From a virus (lineage: Duplodnaviria > Caudoviricetes), in the IMG/VR virus record IMGVR_UViG_3300025665_000804, positions 1 through 38,977 of that record: a stretch of DNA of 38,977 nt; one strand, written 5' to 3'. Positions 17,442 through 26,788 of the stretch are shown one piece after another. The first letter of the stretch is position 1. Each line of letters begins with the position of its first letter. The position numbers were made by a program, and so were the translations under genes. The notes below the pieces were generated by a model, which was not told where the DNA came from, made no database searches, and was given only the letters and a program-made list of their open reading frames with translations.

Positions 17442-17467
17442 TTGATATTCTCCTTGGATACGGAGAC

Positions 17468-17496
17468 ATTATAACGCTTGAGAGGGAGAAGTGGAA
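17468..17496 (-). promoter_or_regulatory. Sigma70-like promoter for head operon
   Basis: TTCCAC-N17-TATAAT on the minus strand, upstream of the RBS of the 17441 gene. Confidence 0.55.
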
Positions 17497-17512
17497 GTGG
17501 GAAGGGGAGGGA

Positions 17513-17548
17513 GAAGGGAGACCCCCCACCAAGAGGGGGACTCCTTTC
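17513..17548 (-). terminator. GC-rich hairpin after fibre gene
   Basis: GAAAGGAGUCCCCC...GGGGGGUCUCCCUUC imperfect stem followed by a C/U-rich tract rather than poly-U. Confidence 0.5.
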
Positions 17549-17557
17549 AGTTCTTTA

Positions 17558-20200
17558 CTACAGGATGGACCAACAAAGAGCATCGCTGCTCTCGCTGTCG
17601 CTTATCATAGCAGCACTCAGATGAAGAGTAACTGATTGACGAGCCTGATCTAAATCAACATAGTCTGCTCCGTCGATAGTCATTCGACCACCACCAGTAA
17701 CAGTTCCGCCATTGATTCTAATCTTGTATCCGGATGCCAGACCCTGAACCTTAAAGGTAACAGTTGCACCTCGCTCTGCAGCGGTAATAGACGTTGGAAG
17801 ATTGAGGGATACATCCGAAGAAATAGAGCCCAGGTCGTAAATATACGCACCTTCCAAAGAAGAGATTGAAGATGGAAGCGAGGCGGTGCCATTCAAAAGC
17901 CCTGTTGAGCTCTTGACTAATGGACCATCGAGATCGTAGCCCGTAGGAGTAACGAAAGAGCCAGTGCTTCCATCGTTCTTGTAAAAGCCAGTACCAGAGC
18001 TGAAAGTAATTTCACCGTCAGCATTAATTAACGGCATAAGCCCCTGGTCAAACGATCCTGAACTTACTGATGAATCAAAGCCTACGAAGACGTTATCGCC
18101 CGAAACGGTTGAAGAGCTCGCCTTCTTAGCGACACCTTCAGCAGTGGTGCTCGCAGTTGCCACAGCGATTTCAAGCTGGTTAGAGCCGTTAACGTTTGTG
18201 GTCAGGATGGTCCCGTCACCTACAACAGCAATAGAACCAGAGGTCGTGACTGCCGTAGTCGTATCACCATCATCGTCGGCAAGAGAGATGCTTGTAACCG
18301 TACCCTGATTACCTGCTGTTCCCGCAATAATCTCACCTGATGAGTTAATCGCTAAAAGGCTATCAGCAGCAAGGCTCGCAGAAGCACTAACCTTAAGCAT
18401 CTTGCCTTGTGCAGACGATCCCACGCCAGTAGCCAAACTTTGGTTTGCAGCATTCCCAAAAGCGCCTGCAGAGATAAAGCCATCCCCGCCACCAATGCTG
18501 AACGAGCCTGAGTTATAAAGATACTGGAGGTTGTTGCTTGGGTCAGACACCGTAACTGTGTAAGTCGGAGTTCCAGCGCCATCGCTTGAAACGCTCACAA
18601 CGGTGAAGTCATATCCGCTGCTATTCATCACCTGACCGGCTTGGACTGAAGAGACGTTTGTTTGCGTCTTGACGGTGTCTGCACTTGGGTCAATGGCGTT
18701 GGATGAGATGAACTGACCAGAGCTAACAGCGGTCCAGCTGACAGCCTTGACAAGATCGCCCGCGCTTAATGCGCCTACGATCTCAGCAACCTTTCCTGCA
18801 GCAATACCCGTATCCAAGCTGATGAAGCCACTTGAAGCAGTAAAGTAAGCAGAATCAAATGCCGCCACACCTCTATTACTGGAGCTTACGCTGCTTGAGC
18901 TTGAGGCGGTCGAAGCGTTACCGATGATTGTCTCAAGATCGCCTGCATCTAAGCCTTTATTTTCAACGCTACTGCTCTGGGCTGAGTACGAAAAGCTGTA
19001 CCCTGATGAACCTACAGTGTCACCAACAGCTAGGTTGCTAATGAAGCCCGAAGAGATGCTTACCTTCCAAGACGAGGCGGAGCTATCTATCGAAAGAATT
19101 GTACCAGCAACGTTTCCGTAAGAACCTGTCGCGCTAAATGTGGCTCCTGCATATAAGTAGTTGAAGTTGGCATTGCTGCTGAACTCCATTACCGGAACAG
19201 ATAATCTACCCAGAACTTCGTTTGTACTTAAGGCATCATCAAGCTTAACGATATCACCAGCAGCCACACCAGTGTCTTCTACTGCTGCTGTGCCAAGACC
19301 CAAAGAAGTTCGAACAGTAGCACCAGACTCAGCAACGATGTCGCCATTGGCATCACCAACAAGGAATGTGCCGTCTGCAATCGTTAAACCAGCGATGTCG
19401 TCAAGGAGAGCATTCTGAGCTTGAGCTCCCAAGTTCGTGCGCGCCGTAGCAGCGTCCGAGGCACCTGTACCACCATCGGCTACAGCGATGTCGGTAATGC
19501 CTGTAATACTGCCACCAGTGATAGACACAGCGTCAGAGTCTTGAGTAGCGATTGTGCCTGCACCAATTACGGTACGAGCAGCAGAAGCATCAGCAGCAGT
19601 GATAAGACCAACCATTGGTGCAGTGCTAGAACCTGTACCGCCACTAGCAACTGGAAGCGTGCCACTTACGTCTGAACCTAAATCAACAGAGCTTTGAGTC
19701 GCAAGCGAGCCAAGACCCAAGTTTGTTCTAGCAGAGCTCGCACTATCGAGATCGCTCAGATTGTTGGTCTTAAGCAACGCGCCAGTAGCATTAGCAGCAA
19801 CAACCCAACCAGCTGATGGGGTCGTTCGATAGATCATGGTGTTGCCAGCGTTATTAGAACCACCCTCGATGAATACGTGAGCACCTGCAGTAGGAGCGCC
19901 AGTATCTGGAGAAGTAGAGTCCCATGCCGAACCGTTCCACTCTACGATGTTGTTCGAGAGCGAGGACCACGCGCCACTACCACTAGCACCTACAAGATAG
20001 CGGTCTCCTGTAGAAGGAGTTGAAGGGGGAGCGTCCTGTTGAGTAAGGACAGAAGCAAACCACTCGCCGCCGCCTGCCGCTACAGCATCAAGAACATACT
20101 GCTTATTGGCTAATGCGTTGCTTGCAGTAGCAGTTGACCCGTCAAATAACGAGCCTTTAATGTCGAAGTCATGAACTCCAAATAATCCGAAAGACATCAA
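17558..20200 (-). CDS. Tail/head fibre protein
   Basis: DUF2793-like module (PPSTPSTGDRYLVG..GAW), NNLSDL..ARTNLGL and GGTGA repeats, Ser/Gly/Thr-rich. Confidence 0.8.
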   Translation of the reverse strand: MMSFGLFGVHDFDIKGSLFDGSTATASNALANKQYVLDAVAAGGGEWFASVLTQQDAPPSTPSTGDRYLVGASGSGAWSSLSNNIVEWNGSAWDSTSPDTGAPTAGAHVFIEGGSNNAGNTMIYRTTPSAGWVVAANATGALLKTNNLSDLDSASSARTNLGLGSLATQSSVDLGSDVSGTLPVASGGTGSSTAPMVGLITAADASAARTVIGAGTIATQDSDAVSITGGSITGITDIAVADGGTGASDAATARTNLGAQAQNALLDDIAGLTIADGTFLVGDANGDIVAESGATVRTSLGLGTAAVEDTGVAAGDIVKLDDALSTNEVLGRLSVPVMEFSSNANFNYLYAGATFSATGSYGNVAGTILSIDSSASSWKVSISSGFISNLAVGDTVGSSGYSFSYSAQSSSVENKGLDAGDLETIIGNASTASSSSSVSSSNRGVAAFDSAYFTASSGFISLDTGIAAGKVAEIVGALSAGDLVKAVSWTAVSSGQFISSNAIDPSADTVKTQTNVSSVQAGQVMNSSGYDFTVVSVSSDGAGTPTYTVTVSDPSNNLQYLYNSGSFSIGGGDGFISAGAFGNAANQSLATGVGSSAQGKMLKVSASASLAADSLLAINSSGEIIAGTAGNQGTVTSISLADDDGDTTTAVTTSGSIAVVGDGTILTTNVNGSNQLEIAVATASTTAEGVAKKASSSTVSGDNVFVGFDSSVSSGSFDQGLMPLINADGEITFSSGTGFYKNDGSTGSFVTPTGYDLDGPLVKSSTGLLNGTASLPSSISSLEGAYIYDLGSISSDVSLNLPTSITAAERGATVTFKVQGLASGYKIRINGGTVTGGGRMTIDGADYVDLDQARQSVTLHLSAAMISDSESSDALCWSIL

Positions 20201-20209
20201 ATACCTCCA

Positions 20210-20554
20210 TTAGGAAATGATATAATAGTTAGTGCCGTCAGAAACCAATGTGACGGCGGAAAAGTCATTATTGAGATCTATATAAGTCTCATCGTCAATC
20301 CGTCCCGTAGAAACCAAAACCCGGACACGGTTAACGTCAGCACCCGCTGTATTCTTAATATAATACATCACCCCAGTTGAAAGAGATGGAGCAGGTAGAT
20401 TTACACTAACCAGCCCAGCCGTACTGTCAACTAGGAGCGCAGTTTCAGAGGTTGGGAGATTATATGGACTATCAGCCGAAGTGATGCTGACAATCGACAC
20501 GGTTCCACCGCCCCCTCCTCCTCCTCCTCCGCCTCGGAAGGAGCCCCTAAACAT
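20210..20554 (-). CDS. Small fibre-associated virion protein
   Basis: Poly-Gly linker then VDSTAGLVSVNLP...IDD...VTLVSDGTNY beta module typical of fibre attachment domains. Confidence 0.7.
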   Translation of the reverse strand: MFRGSFRGGGGGGGGGGTVSIVSITSADSPYNLPTSETALLVDSTAGLVSVNLPAPSLSTGVMYYIKNTAGADVNRVRVLVSTGRIDDETYIDLNNDFSAVTLVSDGTNYYIIS

Positions 20555-20557
20555 TAC

Positions 20558-20992
20558 TTAACTCGCTGGAGGAACGTCGTACCAAAGTTCCATCTGAACT
20601 TCCGGTGTACCGCTCTCCGCTTTCAGAAAGAATCTGGTTACGTTGGGATGGCTGCTACATCTGAGCTCCACGCTTGGACCATTAGGGATTACAACATTGT
20701 ATGCATCGGCCGGTGTTGGGCTTCCTGCAGAAACATAAAATGCAACTCGAACTCTCTCTGCTGCAGTGGTTGAATTATTCAACAATGCTACAGACTTAAG
20801 AAGCCCTCTCTGATCCCCATCAGGGTCCTGAGCAATTCCGTCCGCTGCACCAGCATAGGCTGCAGTACGAAGATCGATCTCAGTGTACGATGCGCTGCTA
20901 ACCGTAATGGTTCTAAGCAGCCTGTTTGCGCCTGGCTCATCTGTTGTCGGGATATGCCCGCGCCAGTATGTCGCTAATGATGGTAGTGCCAT
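20558..20992 (-). CDS. Putative virion protein
   Basis: GGAGG RBS; beta-rich; within the fibre operon. Confidence 0.6.
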   Translation of the reverse strand: MALPSLATYWRGHIPTTDEPGANRLLRTITVSSASYTEIDLRTAAYAGAADGIAQDPDGDQRGLLKSVALLNNSTTAAERVRVAFYVSAGSPTPADAYNVVIPNGPSVELRCSSHPNVTRFFLKAESGTPEVQMELWYDVPPAS

Positions 20993-21052
20993 TGTTCCTC
21001 CGATGCTTTCAAATTATCATTTGGTTTGTTGTGTTTATACCCATTGAGAAAA

Positions 21053-24000
21053 TTATAATTCCTCTGAGAACTTTAATCCCTTAATCTGCATTACTGCAGC
21101 AGGAGTACATTCTGTTTGATTCTTAATCTCGGATGGCGATCCTGTGAAGGACCCTGCTCCGCCTTGGCTATTGGCTATCTCACGCTGCCATGTGTAAGCA
21201 ACATTCTGAGCTCCGTCGTATCCAGTAAGCCTAGCAACGCAAAGCCCGTGTGGGTTAGATAGGGAAGGCTTCAGGTCTGCGATGGCGCTCATCTCTCTAG
21301 GGGTCAGGTTTATCGTTGTCCCAGATAAGGTCTGCATATTATTTCCATCGAAGCCAAGTGCAAGAACATCCCCGTTAATTCCAATAGATAAAACCCTCTC
21401 AATGAGCTCCTGCCATGAAAGCTTCTGGATCTCTTGAGCCTGCGCTGGATTGACCCAGTGGTCGTCAATGTTTCCGTACCCTCTACGTGGGTTCATCGTG
21501 GACGTGTTCTGAGCATTAGAGACAATGTCCAGTTCCGCCGAAGGTCTAGGCTCATAAGACACGTCCCAAGATTTCCTTGGCTTATGGTTTCTCCTGGATT
21601 TTCTCCTGCCGCTCAGAGAGTCAAATAGAGAGCTTCCCGACTCCATATTGTAAGAGTAAGAGAGGCTAAAGTCTGGATTAGATAAATCGAGACGCTGTCC
21701 ACATATAGAGACCCCGAGTTTTAGAAAGTCATCTGAATGGTCCCCGCCGCTCAAGGTTATTCGCATGTACCGATACCTGGTACCCCTCTTTAGAGAGCTC
21801 GATCCAAGTGAGTCGAAGAAATCGGGAGTGTTGGCTGCGACCCTGTCGCTGATGATCGTCATGGAACCCGGAGTCAGCTTTCCTGCACTTGAAGCTTCAG
21901 AATCATCGGTACGGAAAACGTCTGTGATGCTTCTATCAAGAGTAAGGTAGTCGGTACCATTATCAACAATCTTGTAGTAGTAGGAATACTTTACGTCTGA
22001 ATTTGACCGCAGTTCTGATGGCGAGAAATCCTCATAAGAAAACAATGTCGGGCTGGCGCTCTTATCCACCACCAGTAGGTAAAAGTTCTCATTCGACTGA
22101 GATTTAAATTGGCCTGGTCTAAATGGAGCGTACCGTGGATTCATATCGGGCGTCGATAGGTCTGTCTTGAAAACAACAGTGGTCGGATTACTCGAATCCA
22201 TGAACCAACGGATTCTTGAGTCGGGGATTCCGTCTTCAATATTCTCCCTTAGCCCCCTGTACTGAAAGTACATCAAGTATGTTGGCTTAAAGAAAATTCT
22301 TGGCTGTACGTCGTAATAGTCCTGCCAAGCAGACCCATCATAAATACGCAGTCCGACACCAGCGTCTCTTGCGGTATAGCCTGGGAGCACATTCACAAAA
22401 GACCACCCAAAGCCTGACCAGTTTGCAATTTTACCTGCCTGCCCAGACCACGCCCCCGTTGGAGAAGTTCCGACAAGATACTTGTCATTTAAGGACGGGT
22501 TTGATGGAGGCGTATTCAGTTCAAGGAGAGAGTTCGCCCAATAATTAAAAAGCAGTGAGTTTGTGTGACCCGGAGAGCAAAACAGCATGGTCAATTCTGG
22601 TTGCGAGGCGGTTCCATAGGTTCCAAAAGATGGGCTATCGTTAAAGTCAATAATCGCAGACCCTGTGTTTATCCCAAAAAGGGATACTGATTCTGGGTTT
22701 ATTGAGTTGCTGCCCGCATCATAAATGATCTCGTAACTAGGCACTCGAGCCGTTTGAACATTGTCGACACCACTCTCCGATGGAACGGAGAAGGTTATCT
22801 CTTCTGTAGGGCTCCTCCACCCATCCTTCACTGGGGCATCAAGTGCAGCCAACGCTGGAAAGGTGGACTTACCTTCATAGGAAAAGGTGTCTTGACCAGT
22901 TGAACGCCCTCGAAACGAAAGCTCAATTCCGTTATCTATCATCTGCGGAAAAGTGGAGCATCTAGCAGGAGACATTGGAGACATCTGACCAGCATTATAA
23001 AGCCTCAAGAAATCCATTGCTGGCTCCTTGGGTACATGCAGGTCCTCCCTAAATTCAAAGAGACCAGAATCAAGCTCACCCTCTTCATAGTCTATGGCAA
23101 AACAAGGCTCTGCGTTTAAGAAAGACCGAGAAAACTGTACAGACTGAAATGAGACCCTAACCCCGCTAGTATCAATAGTGGTATCGTAAACCCCGTACCC
23201 TACGTACTCAGCAGCAGTGCTGCTTGCCACATTGTTTCCAAAGGGATCTAAATCCTTAGAAGCAACTGGCGACATGCTGGCTGCACTAGGGCTGGAGAAG
23301 TCCTGTAGAAAACCAGGATCAGAATATCTATTCCATGGACGAGCATAAAGAAACGGAGTGTAGTTATCCGTAAGACTGGTGGAGGATACTGGCTTAACCC
23401 CCCACACCACCTCATAAAAAGGAACCTTCTCGCTTAGATTGGATCCTGTTCCATTGTCGGAAAAAACGAGCTCATCACCAACTGGCGAGTACTCTGTGGC
23501 AGATCCGTTGTAATATATTTCCATGAGCCGAAGGTAGACACTAGAGCCCACCCTGGAGATGCATAGCCCCATAGAAAGAAAGTTGCCCGATGCTCGGCTT
23601 CCGTCACCCGTGTCTCGAAGAAATACTTGGGATGAGCATCTTAGCCCGTAATCAAGAGTGCCCCCGGTGGTAACTGAATTGCTATTTCTCCTATTGCCGC
23701 CCGACTGAATCTGGAAAACGGATCTTTGAACAAAGCTTAAAGCATTCCTCGTAGCCGGATATGTCGATTTAAGGGCTTCCCCGTCCGTATTCGGGAAGGT
23801 GAACTTTCCGTATACCTCATTCTGATTATAATCTTTGTCAAAGGAATAGTTAACATACTGGTTTGCGCCGAGATTTAGCTCCCACTTGGTTGCATAAGAA
23901 ACTCCAGACTCAGCATCTTCCTCTATTGACCCGTTAGCGCCCGCGCTTGCAGACCTCTGCCACCCCCAGTACTGCGGATTCTTTGCCCCCATCAATGACA

Positions 24001-26773
24001 CCTGATAAGAGTTTGCGCCAAAGACCATTCCGTTTTGATAGTCGGAGGCAGTGATCAAGTCTGGTGCCCTTGTTACAGAATAAGGATACGAATCATAGAT
24101 ATTATCAGTCACAGCGCCGTCAACGGATTGTAGGTTGAACCTAACCTTCCCGTCCGCCTGATTTGGCACAACACTTGTTATCCTAAATGTTGGTCCTTGC
24201 TCCCAGTGGTGGTTCACGATAATCGTGAAAGTGATAAACCTGTCGAATCCTGCAACATTTAAATTCGCAGCCTCACTTTTATACCAGACATCAACATGGG
24301 AGTTTCCCACAGAGTTCTGAGTACCCTGAAATGGCTGATCATCAAACAGTATCCCAGTAAAGAGTTCCAGATTTTGAGTAACTGGACCCTCATCGTATTT
24401 TAACTCATTGAGTCGCCCGGCCACGTCGTAAGCTGCATCATACCTACGGATCTCAGTAGGAAGGTTTACTCTGAGTGGCTGCATAGAGTCTGAGAATAAA
24501 ACATTGACCGATCTAGTCAAAATGCTTTTGTCTACATTTCTTTGCTGGAGGTATTCACTTGATCCTGGACTATCAGATACGCCTGTCTCGAACCCTTCGC
24601 ACACAGCGGTCACAATTTCCCCCTGGTGTAAGCATGTGGATATATCTATGGGACCACTTACAACTATGGGCCCTCCCCCGAACCTTTTGTAGACAAGAGT
24701 TTCTTCGCCAAAGTTTCTTATCCCAGCAAAATATAAAGCCCCCAGATACCCTCTGTCATGCGGAGCCGTGTTCCTATAGTTTGGGGATATGCCCGACGTG
24801 GCCGTTTTATAGGCGTACTCAAGATAATCTAATAAAGGAGGCGCATCGGAATAAGGGTTATCCCTTCGCCCGCCAAAGTATGGTACAGCCATGCCGAATC
24901 TAGATATCGCAGCCTCCACAGGCTGGACAGTAGAATATATCTGGGCAGGCAGGCTGGGGGCTATTTCAATACCTGTTGATCCAAAAGAGATATCATCAAC
25001 GCTCAACGCTCTCTGATAAACATGGCAACCCTGACTATTGCCGGGACCGCCAAGATTTAGAGTAACCAGTGAAACAAGATACCCGCCCTCTGGCGTTAGG
25101 CATATGGACCCGCTTAAAGGATATATGCTCTCATCGATATGAACAGCGTAAGTAGATGGGTATGTTCCTGTGTAAGATATCTGTCCGTATAGAGGATAAT
25201 AGCTGCCGCCTCCAAGCCTCTTTTCGGAAGACCACTGCTGTCCGTCCATAGTCACAAATATAGAAATGACGCTCTGCTTAATGGGATCTGAGTCCGAAGG
25301 TGTCGCACTACTATATCCACGATCCCCAATAGGGTTAGCCGTAAGAAGTATTACCATCTTTCCGGATGGGTCGATAACGGAATCAAGGGAGCAAAACTGC
25401 TGATACTCGTAATCCGAGCCGAACTGAAGATCCATTATCTCCGTAGCGCCAAATGTGACACCCCTGTCGTCGCTAATTAGGCTCACCAACTTGTCGGAGA
25501 ACGCAATCACCACTACGAGCCTACCGCTTGCAAGCGCCTCTGCGGTCATGGCCAGCGGTATCGTCTGATTATTTAAGTTTGATACGTCGGTAATTTCGTC
25601 ATTAGAGAAGAACCCGTCATACTTATTCAGCCCAACACTCGACCGTCTCTCAATCTTAGATCCATCAGAAACCCCTGAAGAAAATCCGGAATAAGAATCA
25701 AGTGTAGACTTAATCTCATCTACATGAAGATAAGATGAATTGTTGACCGCGTCACTAGCGTCCCCAAGGTACCCACAAGAAATAAGTAAAACCTCTTCCG
25801 TATCCTGGAACTGAACTAGAGATATTCCAGTCGCGCCAAAATCCGCATCATTCGAAAGAGGATACTGATCATTCTCTTCGCTCCAGTACTTGTCTTGATT
25901 GAGGCTTAGCCTAAGCTTAACATTGTGAGAACTGTTGATAGACGGACCGTTTGCGTATCGAGGCACATAGTAAACATCAGCATCACCAAGAGTCCATGAG
26001 ACGCCTTCAGTCTTATCCTCGAGCACAAACGTCTCGTTTACTGCGTCAACTTCAACTATCTTGTAGTAAGTCGAAGTGCTGCCTTGGTGAGCAACAAGTT
26101 GATTTACCTGTATGAAGGACGCATCCCATCCTGAATTGACGGTGACGGTCCTTGTCGTACTATTATATCCTGAGGTTGTAAAGGAGTGGGCGCTTGAGGC
26201 AAGCGATGAATCCAGAAGGCTACTAGAAAAAGACCACATCCAGGGGGGTGAGTATGAGTCTAGGTACGCAGATAGAAGATTGCCATTCTTTAGGCTCAGA
26301 AGTTGAGGTCTAGTGTAGCATTGAGCCTTAGCCGACGCAGCATCATCGTAAGCCAAGGTGAATGGAACCTTGCTAAAGTAGTTAGGGGTCGTCCGAAACT
26401 GGTAGCTGGCTTCAGAGTCTAACTTATACGAAAACCGACTTCTGCTAGAAGCCCCGTCTGTCTGTATCAATCCTGTTCCAGAGGTCTTTCTGGGGCTTAT
26501 GCCTGCCTCATACGAATAAGTAGACGCATTTTCGGTGTCCTCTTCGTAAGTCGGATTAACTGACCCGGTTGCGACAATTGAGACATCGCCACTAGATCCA
26601 ATACTCTTTGACACCGAAGGCTCAAGTGCCCCCTCACCATACATCTCAGTCTTCGTTGACTGATTAACACCCGATACTGTAGGCGGTGTCGTTACGGACT
26701 TCACCGACTCGACCTCCGAAGACTTTAAGTTCTTATCCTGAAGTATCGCGTATCTTCTATTGTATGATGACAT
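21053..26773 (-). CDS. Giant tail-tip / host-recognition protein
   Basis: 1906 aa, immediately after the tape measure; Asp-box ISDDRGVTF, DUF2793-like module, C-terminal region resembling distal-tail proteins. Confidence 0.75.
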   Translation of the reverse strand: MSSYNRRYAILQDKNLKSSEVESVKSVTTPPTVSGVNQSTKTEMYGEGALEPSVSKSIGSSGDVSIVATGSVNPTYEEDTENASTYSYEAGISPRKTSGTGLIQTDGASSRSRFSYKLDSEASYQFRTTPNYFSKVPFTLAYDDAASAKAQCYTRPQLLSLKNGNLLSAYLDSYSPPWMWSFSSSLLDSSLASSAHSFTTSGYNSTTRTVTVNSGWDASFIQVNQLVAHQGSTSTYYKIVEVDAVNETFVLEDKTEGVSWTLGDADVYYVPRYANGPSINSSHNVKLRLSLNQDKYWSEENDQYPLSNDADFGATGISLVQFQDTEEVLLISCGYLGDASDAVNNSSYLHVDEIKSTLDSYSGFSSGVSDGSKIERRSSVGLNKYDGFFSNDEITDVSNLNNQTIPLAMTAEALASGRLVVVIAFSDKLVSLISDDRGVTFGATEIMDLQFGSDYEYQQFCSLDSVIDPSGKMVILLTANPIGDRGYSSATPSDSDPIKQSVISIFVTMDGQQWSSEKRLGGGSYYPLYGQISYTGTYPSTYAVHIDESIYPLSGSICLTPEGGYLVSLVTLNLGGPGNSQGCHVYQRALSVDDISFGSTGIEIAPSLPAQIYSTVQPVEAAISRFGMAVPYFGGRRDNPYSDAPPLLDYLEYAYKTATSGISPNYRNTAPHDRGYLGALYFAGIRNFGEETLVYKRFGGGPIVVSGPIDISTCLHQGEIVTAVCEGFETGVSDSPGSSEYLQQRNVDKSILTRSVNVLFSDSMQPLRVNLPTEIRRYDAAYDVAGRLNELKYDEGPVTQNLELFTGILFDDQPFQGTQNSVGNSHVDVWYKSEAANLNVAGFDRFITFTIIVNHHWEQGPTFRITSVVPNQADGKVRFNLQSVDGAVTDNIYDSYPYSVTRAPDLITASDYQNGMVFGANSYQVSLMGAKNPQYWGWQRSASAGANGSIEEDAESGVSYATKWELNLGANQYVNYSFDKDYNQNEVYGKFTFPNTDGEALKSTYPATRNALSFVQRSVFQIQSGGNRRNSNSVTTGGTLDYGLRCSSQVFLRDTGDGSRASGNFLSMGLCISRVGSSVYLRLMEIYYNGSATEYSPVGDELVFSDNGTGSNLSEKVPFYEVVWGVKPVSSTSLTDNYTPFLYARPWNRYSDPGFLQDFSSPSAASMSPVASKDLDPFGNNVASSTAAEYVGYGVYDTTIDTSGVRVSFQSVQFSRSFLNAEPCFAIDYEEGELDSGLFEFREDLHVPKEPAMDFLRLYNAGQMSPMSPARCSTFPQMIDNGIELSFRGRSTGQDTFSYEGKSTFPALAALDAPVKDGWRSPTEEITFSVPSESGVDNVQTARVPSYEIIYDAGSNSINPESVSLFGINTGSAIIDFNDSPSFGTYGTASQPELTMLFCSPGHTNSLLFNYWANSLLELNTPPSNPSLNDKYLVGTSPTGAWSGQAGKIANWSGFGWSFVNVLPGYTARDAGVGLRIYDGSAWQDYYDVQPRIFFKPTYLMYFQYRGLRENIEDGIPDSRIRWFMDSSNPTTVVFKTDLSTPDMNPRYAPFRPGQFKSQSNENFYLLVVDKSASPTLFSYEDFSPSELRSNSDVKYSYYYKIVDNGTDYLTLDRSITDVFRTDDSEASSAGKLTPGSMTIISDRVAANTPDFFDSLGSSSLKRGTRYRYMRITLSGGDHSDDFLKLGVSICGQRLDLSNPDFSLSYSYNMESGSSLFDSLSGRRKSRRNHKPRKSWDVSYEPRPSAELDIVSNAQNTSTMNPRRGYGNIDDHWVNPAQAQEIQKLSWQELIERVLSIGINGDVLALGFDGNNMQTLSGTTINLTPREMSAIADLKPSLSNPHGLCVARLTGYDGAQNVAYTWQREIANSQGGAGSFTGSPSEIKNQTECTPAAVMQIKGLKFSEEL

Positions 26774-26788
26774 ATTTAGCCTCTAAGT

